Positions 17,284 through 26,494 of a stretch of 64,000 nt of DNA are shown here, one piece after another. Both the position numbers and the translations under genes were made by a program. Each line of letters begins with the position of its first letter. Within the stretch, counting starts at the first letter, position 1. The stretch covers positions 57,814 to 121,813 of the forward strand of contig JAAXJX010000027.1 in NCBI GenBank assembly GCA_012269595.1, written 5' to 3'. The DNA is from Planctomycetia bacterium. Lineage in GTDB: Bacteria; Planctomycetota; UBA8108; UBA1146. The notes beneath the pieces were generated by a model. That model saw only the letters and a program-made list of their open reading frames with translations. It was not told the origin of the DNA and searched no databases.

Positions 17284-19953
17284 TTGAACTCACATCAGCC
17301 CCCAGCATCGGACAATGATCCACAGGAAACAGCCGAGTGGATCGAATCTCTGGAGAGCACCCACTCTGTAGCCGGAAGAGAGCGCACAGGAGATCTGATG
17401 GATCGCCTGGTCTGGCACTCCCGTTCCCTGAGGGTTCCTGCAGCAAACCATGCCATTACTCCCTACCAGAACAGCATCGCTCCCGATCAGGAAACGGCCT
17501 ATCCAGGCGATGAAGAGATGGAACAACGGATCGAGAATCTCGTCCGCTGGAATGCGATGGCAATGGTCGTCAGGGCCAACAGCCAGTTTGATGGTCTCGG
17601 TGGACACATGTCCACCTTCGCCTCCGCAGCCACCCTCTACGAAGTGGGACAGCAACACTTCTTCCGCGGAATCGACCACCCTGGTGGCGGAGACCTGATC
17701 TTTTTTCAGGGTCACGCCAGTCCGGGCATGTACGCACGCGCTTTCCTTGAAGGCCGCCTGACCGTCGATCAACTCGATCACTTCCGCAGGGAAGTGGAAG
17801 GTCGAGGGGTCTCCAGTTACCCCCACCCGCGATTGATGCCCGATTTCTGGCAGTTCCCGACAGTCTCCATGGGACTGGGCCCCATCAATGCCATCTACCA
17901 GGCCAGATTTTTGCGCTATGCACAGGCGAGAGGCTTCAAGGATACTTCTGACCAAAGGGTCTTTGCATTCCTCGGAGACGGGGAGTGCGACGAACCGGAA
18001 AGCCTCGGAGCCCTGCGGATCGCCTCCAGAGAAGGCCTCGACAATCTGGTGTTTGTGGTCAACTGCAATCTGCAACGCCTCGACGGGCCTGTAACCGGCA
18101 ACTCCAAGATCATTCAGGATCTGGAGGGTGCATTCAGCGGAGCCGGGTGGCGGGTGATCAAGAATGTGTGGGACCGTAACTGGGATCCTCTCCTCGCCAG
18201 CGATCCCGAAGGTCGACTTCTGAGAAGACTGGGAACCATCGTTGACGGAGTCTGGCAAAGATCGGACGCAGAAGATGGGGCCTGGACCCGAGCTCAACTG
18301 ATTGGCGACGACCCTGTCCTCGCGAACTACCTCGCCTCATGGAGCGACGACCAGATCAAATCACTTGGCCGGGGAGGTCACGACCGCATCAAGGTTGCCA
18401 ATGCCTACAGGGAAGCCTGTCAGGGGGATGGCAGACCGACCGTGATCCTCGCCAAGACGGTCAAGGGGCATGCACTCGGTCCCACCGCCGCCTCGCGAAA
18501 CGTGACGCACCAGCTGAAAAAATTGAAGGGTTCCGAAGTCCGTGCTGTGCGCGATCTCCTCGAGATCCCTGTGGCGGACAGCGAAGTGGAATCCGCCCCC
18601 TTCTATCACCCCGGGGAAAACTCACCGGAGGTCCAGTACATGCTCGAGCGTCGCCAACAACTGGGCGGCTCGATTCCTCGACGCAGGGCCATCGCTGCGG
18701 TTCCCGAGTTGCCTCCCGAGAAAACTTTTGCACAACTCCATGGAGGAACCGAGGGCTCTGTACCCGCTTCGACGACGATGGCATTCGCCCGCCTCTTCCG
18801 TGACCTTCTCAAGGCCGGGGATCTGGGCAAGCGCATCGTCCCCATTCTGGCTGACGAGGCCCGCACCTTCGGTATGGAGGCCCTGTTCAAGCAGGTGGGA
18901 ATCTACGCCCCGGGTGGACAGGCCTACGAGCCCGTTGATCACGACCTGCTCTTTTCCTACACCGAGCGCAAGGACGGCCAGATTCTGCAGGAAGGCATCA
19001 CCGAATGTGGTTCCCTTGCCAGCACGATTGCCGCCTCAACCAGCTATTCAACACTGGGTGAGGTGACCGTCCCCTTCTACATCTTCTACTCCATGTTCGG
19101 CTTCCAGCGTGTCGGAGACCAGATCTGGGCCATGGGAGACGCCCGTGGCCGCGGATTCCTTCTGGGAGCCACCGCTGGCCGCACGACGCTCAATGGAGAA
19201 GGCTTGCAGCACCAGGATGGCCACAGCCCCCTGATGGCTGCGGCGTTCCCTTCCTGCCTCTCCTACGATCCCGCATACGCCTACGAGGTAGCGGTGATCA
19301 TCGAGGAGGGCCTGCGCCGAATGGTTCAGGAGCAGGAAGACATTCACTACTACCTGACCCTCTACAACGAGAACTTGGAAATGCCGGCGATGCCGGAAGG
19401 ATCGAAGCAGGGCATCCTTGAAGGAATGTACCTTCTCGATGGTGCTCCCGAAGGGGACGGACCAAAGATTCGACTCCTCGGCTCCGGCAGTGCCCTGCCC
19501 CGTGTCCGGGAAGTGGCCAAGGCCCTGTTCAACGACCATGGAGTCCATGCGGAAGTCTGGTCCGTCACCTCCTTCCCGGAACTCCAGCGCCAGGCCATCG
19601 AGATCGACCGCCAGAATCTACAACAACCGGGTCAACCTCCTCTGGAAGCGACCGTCACCCGCAATCTGGCCGGTGATGCACCAGTGGTCGCCGTGACCGA
19701 ATACATGAAGGCTTTGCCTGATCTGGTTCGTCCCTGGGTCAGTGCTCCCTGGGCCAGCCTGGGAACTGACGGTTATGGCCGCTCAGATACCCGCGAAGAA
19801 TTGCGTCGCCACTTCGAAACGGATGAAGCCAGCATCGAAATCGCGGCCCTGTCTCTGCTGGCCCGCAAGGGTGATCTCGATCCTCAGGTGGTCGCAGATG
19901 TCCAACAACGCCATGGCAGGGAGCCGGGCTCCACTCCCCCCTGGAAGCTTTGA
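17284..19953 (+). CDS. aceE: pyruvate dehydrogenase E1 component, homodimeric AceE type
   Basis: N-terminal ...DNDPQETAEWIESLESTH... and ThDP-binding motifs throughout, about 890 aa. The ORF-finder Met at 17182 would overlap the Trm112-like gene. A TTG at 17284 preceded by AGGAG gives a normal AceE N-terminus. Confidence 0.9.
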   Translation: MNSHQPPASDNDPQETAEWIESLESTHSVAGRERTGDLMDRLVWHSRSLRVPAANHAITPYQNSIAPDQETAYPGDEEMEQRIENLVRWNAMAMVVRANSQFDGLGGHMSTFASAATLYEVGQQHFFRGIDHPGGGDLIFFQGHASPGMYARAFLEGRLTVDQLDHFRREVEGRGVSSYPHPRLMPDFWQFPTVSMGLGPINAIYQARFLRYAQARGFKDTSDQRVFAFLGDGECDEPESLGALRIASREGLDNLVFVVNCNLQRLDGPVTGNSKIIQDLEGAFSGAGWRVIKNVWDRNWDPLLASDPEGRLLRRLGTIVDGVWQRSDAEDGAWTRAQLIGDDPVLANYLASWSDDQIKSLGRGGHDRIKVANAYREACQGDGRPTVILAKTVKGHALGPTAASRNVTHQLKKLKGSEVRAVRDLLEIPVADSEVESAPFYHPGENSPEVQYMLERRQQLGGSIPRRRAIAAVPELPPEKTFAQLHGGTEGSVPASTTMAFARLFRDLLKAGDLGKRIVPILADEARTFGMEALFKQVGIYAPGGQAYEPVDHDLLFSYTERKDGQILQEGITECGSLASTIAASTSYSTLGEVTVPFYIFYSMFGFQRVGDQIWAMGDARGRGFLLGATAGRTTLNGEGLQHQDGHSPLMAAAFPSCLSYDPAYAYEVAVIIEEGLRRMVQEQEDIHYYLTLYNENLEMPAMPEGSKQGILEGMYLLDGAPEGDGPKIRLLGSGSALPRVREVAKALFNDHGVHAEVWSVTSFPELQRQAIEIDRQNLQQPGQPPLEATVTRNLAGDAPVVAVTEYMKALPDLVRPWVSAPWASLGTDGYGRSDTREELRRHFETDEASIEIAALSLLARKGDLDPQVVADVQQRHGREPGSTPPWKL

Positions 19954-19963
19954 TCAAGAAATA

Positions 19964-20000
19964 AAAAAAGGGCCGGATCCTTGTGGATCCGGCCCTTTTT
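19964..20000. terminator. bidirectional rho-independent terminator between convergent aceE and ahcY
   Basis: AAAAAA-GGGCCGGATCC-TTGT-GGATCCGGCCC-TTTTT. An 11-bp GC-rich stem flanked by an A-run and a T-run, so it can terminate both strands. Confidence 0.8.
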
Positions 20001-20020
20001 CATTTCCTGGATGACAACCT

Positions 20021-21496
20021 TTAGTAACGGTAGTGGTTCGGCTTGTAGGGTCCCTCTTTGGGAATACCCAGGTAATTCGCCTGAGTGTCATTCATTTCGG
20101 TCAGCTTCACGCCGAGTTTGGCGAGGTGAAGACGGGCCACTTTCTCGTCGAGAATCTTCGGCAGCACGTAAACCTCATTGGCGTAGTTTTCGGCGTTCTT
20201 GAACAACTCGATCTGCGCCATGACCTGGTTGGTGAAGGAAGCACTCATCACGAAGGACGGGTGACCGGTTGCACAGCCCAGATTCATCAGGCGGCCTTCT
20301 GCCAGAACGATGATGGAGTGGCCGTCCGGGAAGGTCCACAGGTCGACCTGATTCTCGTGCTCCTGCGGATTCTTCAGGTTCTCACAGCTGATGCCGTCGA
20401 CCATCGAAAGGCCAGCCATGTCGATCTCGTTATCGAAGTGGCCGATGTTGGAAACGATGGCGTTGTGCTTCATGCGGGCCATGTCGGTGACCTTGATGAT
20501 GTCACGGTTACCGGTGGTGGTCACAAAGATGTCCGCAGTTGCGACGACATCGTCGAGGTGGGTCACCTCATACCCCTCCATGGCGGCCTGCAGTGCGCAG
20601 ATCGGATCGATTTCGGTGATCACAACACGGGCTCCCTGGCCACGGAGGGCCTGAGCGCAACCTTTGCCGACGTCACCATATCCAAGAACGACGCAGACTT
20701 TGCCGCTGAGCATGACATCCGTCGCGCGACAAAGGCCGTCAACAAGGGAGTGACGACAGCCGTAGAGGTTGTCGAACTTGCTCTTGGTCACAGAGTCATT
20801 GACGTTCATAGCCGGGAAGATCAGCTGGCCAGATTCCTGCAGCTGGTAAAGGCGGTGGACTCCGGTCGTGGTCTCTTCGGTGACACCCTTGATGGAATCG
20901 GCGATGGCGGTCCATTTGCCCGGCTCGTTGGCAAGGCTGTTGCGAAGGGTCTCAAGGACGTACATCCACTCTTCCGGATCCTTTTGGTCGTACTCCGGAA
21001 CCTGCCCGGCCGCTTCGAACTCTCGTCCCTTGAGAACGAGCATGGTGGCATCGCCACCGTCGTCGAGAATCATGTTGGGCAGGGTGCCGTCAGGCCAGGT
21101 CAATGCAGACTCGGTGCACTCCCAGTACTCCTGAAGGGTCTCACCCATCCATGCGAATACGGGGACTCCCTTCGGCTCATCGATGGTTCCCTCGGGTCCC
21201 ACGACCACGGCCGCTGCCGCATGATCCTGAGTCGAGAAAATGTTGCAGGAAGCCCAACGGACTTCCGCTCCCAGATGGACCAGGGTTTCGATCAGAACCG
21301 CGGTCTGAACCGTCATGTGAAGGGATCCGGTGACACGGGCTCCAGCCAATGGCTGCGAATCACCAAACTCATCCCTGAGGGCCATCAGCCCCGGCATTTC
21401 TTCTTCTGCAAGACGAATCTCCTGGCGGCCGAAGTTGGCCAGCTGAAGATCCTTGACTCTGTATTCGATCCCCTGTCGGGTTTCCTGAACGGGCAT
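20021..21496 (-). CDS. ahcY: adenosylhomocysteinase
   Basis: ...[23 protein letters not shown]... and the NAD-binding domain are conserved throughout. The 540-aa + strand ORF 20033..21655 is antisense and spurious. Confidence 0.92.
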   Translation of the reverse strand: MPVQETRQGIEYRVKDLQLANFGRQEIRLAEEEMPGLMALRDEFGDSQPLAGARVTGSLHMTVQTAVLIETLVHLGAEVRWASCNIFSTQDHAAAAVVVGPEGTIDEPKGVPVFAWMGETLQEYWECTESALTWPDGTLPNMILDDGGDATMLVLKGREFEAAGQVPEYDQKDPEEWMYVLETLRNSLANEPGKWTAIADSIKGVTEETTTGVHRLYQLQESGQLIFPAMNVNDSVTKSKFDNLYGCRHSLVDGLCRATDVMLSGKVCVVLGYGDVGKGCAQALRGQGARVVITEIDPICALQAAMEGYEVTHLDDVVATADIFVTTTGNRDIIKVTDMARMKHNAIVSNIGHFDNEIDMAGLSMVDGISCENLKNPQEHENQVDLWTFPDGHSIIVLAEGRLMNLGCATGHPSFVMSASFTNQVMAQIELFKNAENYANEVYVLPKILDEKVARLHLAKLGVKLTEMNDTQANYLGIPKEGPYKPNHYRY

Positions 21497-21809
21497 TCCA
21501 CGGCCCCTTTCATCTCATTGGTTTCACTTCACTGTTCGACGGGCCGTACCCCTGGAGGGGTCACCACCTGCGAACAGTCCAGTCATTTGGATGGTAACGA
21601 ACTCCCATGGGTGAATCGAGTAACTCCGGCGGGATTCTCCCCTTCTGTGACCTGATTCCCCGAGCGAATGACAACATGCGGAACAGGAGTTCAATACGGG
21701 AATTGGGAAAATCGACCGATTTCGATCGGCACTCTTCCGGATGTGCAGGGCTGAATATCCCACCAGAAAGGTACCCTGGGGCGAGACTCCGGGAGAGCAC
21801 CGGAATCCG

Positions 21810-24368
21810 CTAACGCAATCGTGCCCGTGCCCATGCGGCGACCCGAACGGCATCCGCCTCACTCTGCTGCGGTTTTTCCTGCGGATCGAATTCCGGAGGA
21901 GAGTCAGCGAGGATGGCACGAATCCCTCCATACGCGAGAACGCGCAACGACTCCGAGCGGGAAGACAAATCTTCGATCAGCAGTTCCACAGCCGATTCGC
22001 AACCCAGCTGAATCGCAGCCCTGAGAGAGATCTCTCTCATGGTCACATCCGATTTTTCTGCCGATTTTTGGGCGAGATCGATCAGGGCCTGTTCATGCTT
22101 CCCTGCCTCATAAAGCTCAGGAGCAGGAGGGTCGTCGGCTGACAATTCAGAGCCCGATTTTTCCCGTCGAAGAATCTCCTGAACCATCGCCCATGATTGG
22201 GTCCACTCTTCCATTTCCTCCGGCGAATCGAATCCACCGGGCTTGATCAACTCTGCAATCTGCTCGAGACGTTTCACCACTCCCCGGGAAGTAACCCGTT
22301 CCTCGATCAAGGCCAGATACCGAAGCATCTTTGGTCGCTCGTAGTTCGGCATCGTCAGGATGACTTCTTCAAAAATCTTCAGCAGCTTGGCCTTCGGTCG
22401 CAATCGGAGTTGCCGAACCAAAGTCGGCAAATGGACAGAACGGCCTGAATCGGCCAACAAGGCCCATTCATCCGATTGCTCTTTTTCCGAGGAAGATCCT
22501 CCCCCGGAAAAGATGACAAAGGTCGTGGCAGAGCGGGTCAACATTGCGCTGGCCCTCTTCAGAATCAGCAAAGCAAAAGCCGTATCGACGCGAGTGGCAT
22601 TGCCGGCATACCAGCCCATGTTGATCCACGAGCCTTCAGAGTTCTGATTGGACAGCAGGTGTTCGCTGATGACCTGATACCAGTCATGGTCGCCGATCTT
22701 TTTGATTCCGCCCAAATCCCCGACTTTTTCAAGACTGTACATTCCGTAACAGTTGTCGGTGGCTTCCCATGTTTTCGCCATCCATGCGAGGCCATCGCGG
22801 ATCGAATCACGCACTGTTTTTCGAAAATCTGGAGTGAAACCTTCTCCACCAAAATCGTAGGCAACCAGGAGTGAAGACACCCCTGCACAGGTCATGTTCC
22901 AGTTACCACTCTCTTTGGTGGTCTCGTAACGGAACGCTCTTTCCTGAGCCTCCACCATTTCCTCACCCGTCAGCGGAGGAATGATTTTAGGCTTCTTTTT
23001 GACCCCTGTTCCATCCCGGCGCCTTCCGCGACCCTCTTCCTCATTCAGGGGCTCACTGACCCTTGGGGCGAGAGTGATCTGCGGCTTGACCACCGGTCCT
23101 TCTTTATCCTGAGTGGAGAGGATGTAGCGACAGACCCCCTCCCAGACCTTGGGCTCAATCTCGAAATTTCGCCTCGCCAGAACCGCCAGAGCCAGAACCG
23201 CAAATTGGGTCACAGAGGTATCCGCATCGACACTGGTGGAGGTGTAACGCCAGCCGCCGGTTTCATTCTGTCCCTTGAGGAGGATCTCAGCGGCAACCTT
23301 CAGGTTCTTTCGATGATTCCTTACGAGGCGACTCAGAACCGAGGGTGGCAGGGAGTCGACCCCCGCTTCCATCAATGCATCCTGCTCGGCCTGAGTAATG
23401 GCAGCGTCCAGAGCGAAGACCCAACAGGAGACGTCGTACATCCGCTCCGCGGCAGGGATGGATTTCTCGATCCCATTGAAGTGTTGGCGCAGTACGGGGT
23501 GATCGCGATCGACCCCGGCAGTAATCAGGGCGTAACACTCCAGAGCCCGGGAGCCGGGAATCGCCTCCGAATGGGACCCTTCAAGGATCCCCTCCGGATC
23601 TGCCTGAGATTCGGTGAGCAGATAATCGATGCCCGCTTCAAGGCTGAGGGTGATTCGGTCATCTTCCCTCAGAGCGGCCATCGCCTCGTGATTGAGGCGG
23701 ATACTCCTGCGCCCTTCCCGCAAACTGCCAGAAGCACGAAAGCGATGAATCTGGACATCCCCATCGCCGGCAATCACACCGATTTCGCCGATATCCTGAC
23801 GAATTCCATCGACTTGATGGACACGCTTGTTTTCGACAAACACCTGCAGTTTTTGATTACGGCGACGCACCACCAGAGTGAAAGGTTTTCCTGCCTCAAC
23901 CAGACTGCCAATGTCGCATATCACCTGGCGGGTATCAGATTTGGGCAGTCCACGGAAGATCAACTTTCCCTCATCCCCACCCAAAATCACTCTGGCCGGT
24001 CCAAAATCCAGGGACGAATAGTTTTCCCCAAGGATGGACAGGGTGAGATTCAACTCGATGTCAAAACTTCCCTTGCCGATCTCATGATCCGCAATCAGGA
24101 AACTCTTTCGACCTTTCCCGGTGACCACTCCGTCCACCACTCTCCAACCACCGGCCGGATTGAAGCAACCGGACATGTCTGCCCCGTCAACAAACTGCCG
24201 CGCCTTCGGGGGGGAATGCTCAGGGAGAGTCTCTGAACCCGCTGCTTCACCATGAACGTGGCCAGCCAAGAATGGATTGAACATGCAGAAGGTGATTCCG
24301 CAGAACAGCAAGAAAGCGGGAGTCGCTGTCCTGAGAGAGATCATGGGCTGTGCCTTTGGCAAATTCAT
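21810..24368 (-). CDS. secreted protein with prenyltransferase/squalene-cyclase-like alpha/alpha-toroid repeats and C-terminal HEAT-like repeats
   Basis: Signal peptide (…AFLLFCGITFCMF…). A segment GGWRYTS...VTQFAVLALAV resembles alpha-toroid repeat units. The C-terminal region is helical-repeat rich (…LRVLAYGGIRAI…). Function unknown. Confidence 0.55.
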   Translation of the reverse strand: MNLPKAQPMISLRTATPAFLLFCGITFCMFNPFLAGHVHGEAAGSETLPEHSPPKARQFVDGADMSGCFNPAGGWRVVDGVVTGKGRKSFLIADHEIGKGSFDIELNLTLSILGENYSSLDFGPARVILGGDEGKLIFRGLPKSDTRQVICDIGSLVEAGKPFTLVVRRRNQKLQVFVENKRVHQVDGIRQDIGEIGVIAGDGDVQIHRFRASGSLREGRRSIRLNHEAMAALREDDRITLSLEAGIDYLLTESQADPEGILEGSHSEAIPGSRALECYALITAGVDRDHPVLRQHFNGIEKSIPAAERMYDVSCWVFALDAAITQAEQDALMEAGVDSLPPSVLSRLVRNHRKNLKVAAEILLKGQNETGGWRYTSTSVDADTSVTQFAVLALAVLARRNFEIEPKVWEGVCRYILSTQDKEGPVVKPQITLAPRVSEPLNEEEGRGRRRDGTGVKKKPKIIPPLTGEEMVEAQERAFRYETTKESGNWNMTCAGVSSLLVAYDFGGEGFTPDFRKTVRDSIRDGLAWMAKTWEATDNCYGMYSLEKVGDLGGIKKIGDHDWYQVISEHLLSNQNSEGSWINMGWYAGNATRVDTAFALLILKRASAMLTRSATTFVIFSGGGSSSEKEQSDEWALLADSGRSVHLPTLVRQLRLRPKAKLLKIFEEVILTMPNYERPKMLRYLALIEERVTSRGVVKRLEQIAELIKPGGFDSPEEMEEWTQSWAMVQEILRREKSGSELSADDPPAPELYEAGKHEQALIDLAQKSAEKSDVTMREISLRAAIQLGCESAVELLIEDLSSRSESLRVLAYGGIRAILADSPPEFDPQEKPQQSEADAVRVAAWARARLR

Positions 24369-24523
24369 GAGTGCGGGTCCCCGTGAAAAGTCTGTGGGCA
24401 AACCGTCAGTTTAACGGTGATTATCCCCATGAAAACCACCGAATGGCGGATCCAGACCTGTTCCCTCGATCCCGGTGGATCTGGTCGTTATATTCGTGAA
24501 TCGTTGAGGAAAGAGGGAGCTCC

Positions 24524-26467
24524 ATGTCTGACGCCATTGAAAACCTGTTTCATGAAGAACGTCGTTTTGACCCCCCTGGCAAGTTCTCCGCCGAGGCCAA
24601 TGCCCAGTCAGGGATACACGAGGAAGCAGCCCGGGATCCGCTGGCCTTCTGGTCCAGCGAGGCCGAAAAGATTCATTGGCGAAAGCCATGGGATCGCCTC
24701 CTCGATTCCTCGGATGCTCCTGTTTACCGGTGGTTTGAAGGTGGACGTCTGAACGTGACCGAATCCTGTCTCGATCGCCATGTCGAGACCCACCCCGACC
24801 GGGTCGCCTTCCATTGGGAAGGGGAGCCCGGTGATTCCCTGAGCCTCACTTACTCGGAGCTCCTTGCCAAAGTGTGTCAATGCGCTGCTGCCCTGAAGCA
24901 ATTGGGAATCGGCAAAGGGGATACCGTCGCCATTTACATGGGCATGGTCCCCGAAATCACCATCGCCATGCTCGCGTGCGCCCGCATCGGTGCCGCCCAC
25001 TCGGTGGTCTTTGGAGGATTCAGTTCCGACAGCCTTCGTGAACGTCTTGACGATGCGTCCTGCAAGGGCGTCATTACCCAGGATGGTGCCTGGAGACGGG
25101 GAAAGGTCGTCCCCTTGAAAGAGAATGTCGATCTGGCACTCGAAGGACAGGAAACCGTGACTTCCGTTCTCGTTCTGGAACGCTGTAAAAATGAAGTCAC
25201 CTGGTCTGAAGGCCGGGACCATTGGTGGCATGACGTCGTCCCCGCACAAGACGAGTTTCTTGAGGCGGAGGAGATGGATTCCGAGGATTTGCTCTTCATC
25301 CTCTACACCTCTGGCAGCACCGGCAAACCCAAGGGAATCGTCCACACATGCGGTGGCTACCTGACTGGAGTCAGCAGCACCTTCCGAAATGTCTTCGATA
25401 TCAAGGAATCGGACCTGTACTGGTGCACAGCAGACTGTGGCTGGGTCACCGGTCACTCCTACATCGTCTACGGCCCACTGGCCAACGGAGCGACCAGCCT
25501 GATCTACGAGGGAACTCCTGATTTCCCGGATCAGGGACGCTGGTGGGATCTGGTTGAAAAGTACGCCGTCACCATCTTTTACACAGCGCCCACTGCGATA
25601 CGGACCTTCATGAAGTGGGGAGAAAAGATTCCCAAATCGAAGGACCTTTCCAGTCTTCGCCTTCTCGGCTCTGTCGGTGAACCGATCAATCCGGAAGCAT
25701 GGATGTGGTACCACGAGTTTATCGGTGGAGAACGTTGCCCCATCGTCGATACATGGTGGCAAACCGAAACCGGATCCATCATGATCACACCCCTTCCGGG
25801 AGTGACAACGACCAAACCCGGATCCGCCGCCACACCCTACCCGGGCATCGATGCGGTCGTCGTCGACGACGAAGGCAATGAAGTGGAACCCGGACACGGC
25901 GGACTTTTGGTCGTGCGTTCCCCCTGGCCATCGATGCTGCGCGGGATTCACGGGGATCCACAGCGTTACAAGGAAGTCTACTGGAGCCGATTCGATGGTC
26001 TGTACTTCCCCGGAGACGGCTGCAAACTCGACGAAGAAGGATACCTCTGGCTACTCGGCCGGGTGGATGACGTCATGCTCGTTTCCGGCCACAACATCTC
26101 CACCACCGAAGTCGAGAGCGCCCTGGTCGATCACCATGGAGTGGCAGAATCTGCGGTCGTCGGCAGAAAAGACGACACCACGGGCCAAGCCATCGCCGCC
26201 TTTGTCGTTCTCAAGGGTGGTTCAGAGGGAAGCGAAGAGTTGATTCAGGAGTTGCGACAGCATGTCGCAGCCAAAATCGGCCCCATCGCCAAGCCTGCCA
26301 GTATCGTCTTCACTCCGGATTTGCCGAAGACCCGATCCGGCAAAATCATGAGACGTCTCTTGCGGGATATCTCGGAGAAAAGGCAACTCGGGGATGTCAC
26401 CACTCTTGCCAACTCCGATATCGTCGAGGCGATTCGCGACGGAGCAGCCCAGAGTTCGGAAGACTGA
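24524..26467 (+). CDS. acs: acetyl-coenzyme A synthetase (AMP-forming)
   Basis: Acs N-terminus (…FWSSEAEKIHWRKPWD…), AMP-binding motif YTSGSTGKPKG, and C-terminal ...SGKIMRRLLRDI... Confidence 0.92.
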   Translation: MSDAIENLFHEERRFDPPGKFSAEANAQSGIHEEAARDPLAFWSSEAEKIHWRKPWDRLLDSSDAPVYRWFEGGRLNVTESCLDRHVETHPDRVAFHWEGEPGDSLSLTYSELLAKVCQCAAALKQLGIGKGDTVAIYMGMVPEITIAMLACARIGAAHSVVFGGFSSDSLRERLDDASCKGVITQDGAWRRGKVVPLKENVDLALEGQETVTSVLVLERCKNEVTWSEGRDHWWHDVVPAQDEFLEAEEMDSEDLLFILYTSGSTGKPKGIVHTCGGYLTGVSSTFRNVFDIKESDLYWCTADCGWVTGHSYIVYGPLANGATSLIYEGTPDFPDQGRWWDLVEKYAVTIFYTAPTAIRTFMKWGEKIPKSKDLSSLRLLGSVGEPINPEAWMWYHEFIGGERCPIVDTWWQTETGSIMITPLPGVTTTKPGSAATPYPGIDAVVVDDEGNEVEPGHGGLLVVRSPWPSMLRGIHGDPQRYKEVYWSRFDGLYFPGDGCKLDEEGYLWLLGRVDDVMLVSGHNISTTEVESALVDHHGVAESAVVGRKDDTTGQAIAAFVVLKGGSEGSEELIQELRQHVAAKIGPIAKPASIVFTPDLPKTRSGKIMRRLLRDISEKRQLGDVTTLANSDIVEAIRDGAAQSSED

Positions 26468-26494
26468 AACCGGAAACCGTTTTCCTCGATCAGA

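Noticed and set aside
20033-21655. A 540-aa + strand ORF. Other long antisense ORFs include 230..838, 950..1831, 5037..5984, 7069..7980, 15064..15957, 23205..24236, 24608..25951, 31110..32150, 33196..33981, 34363..35259, 50029..51609, 57657..58898 and 58992..60110.
   Set aside because: Each lies antisense to a gene whose translation carries unambiguous family motifs (AhcY, PurC, LpxL-like, RNase D, SucA, DPP-IV, Acs, MnmG, AroA, M14, CoxI, ActB and so on). High GC suppresses stop codons on the opposite strand. The antisense translations are Arg/Pro/Gly-rich and low-complexity.
21497-21809. SAH riboswitch upstream of ahcY
   Set aside because: I searched the minus-strand leader for the conserved GAGGAGCGCUGC / CAGGCUCG / AACGGCGCUCAC blocks and found none. 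This was done by eye only, so an Rfam/Infernal scan is still warranted.
26468-26494. Terminator between convergent acs and the M28 peptidase gene
   Set aside because: Only a 5-bp AT-rich stem (GGAAA-CCGT-TTTCC) is present, which is too weak to call. It is left as a possible element only.
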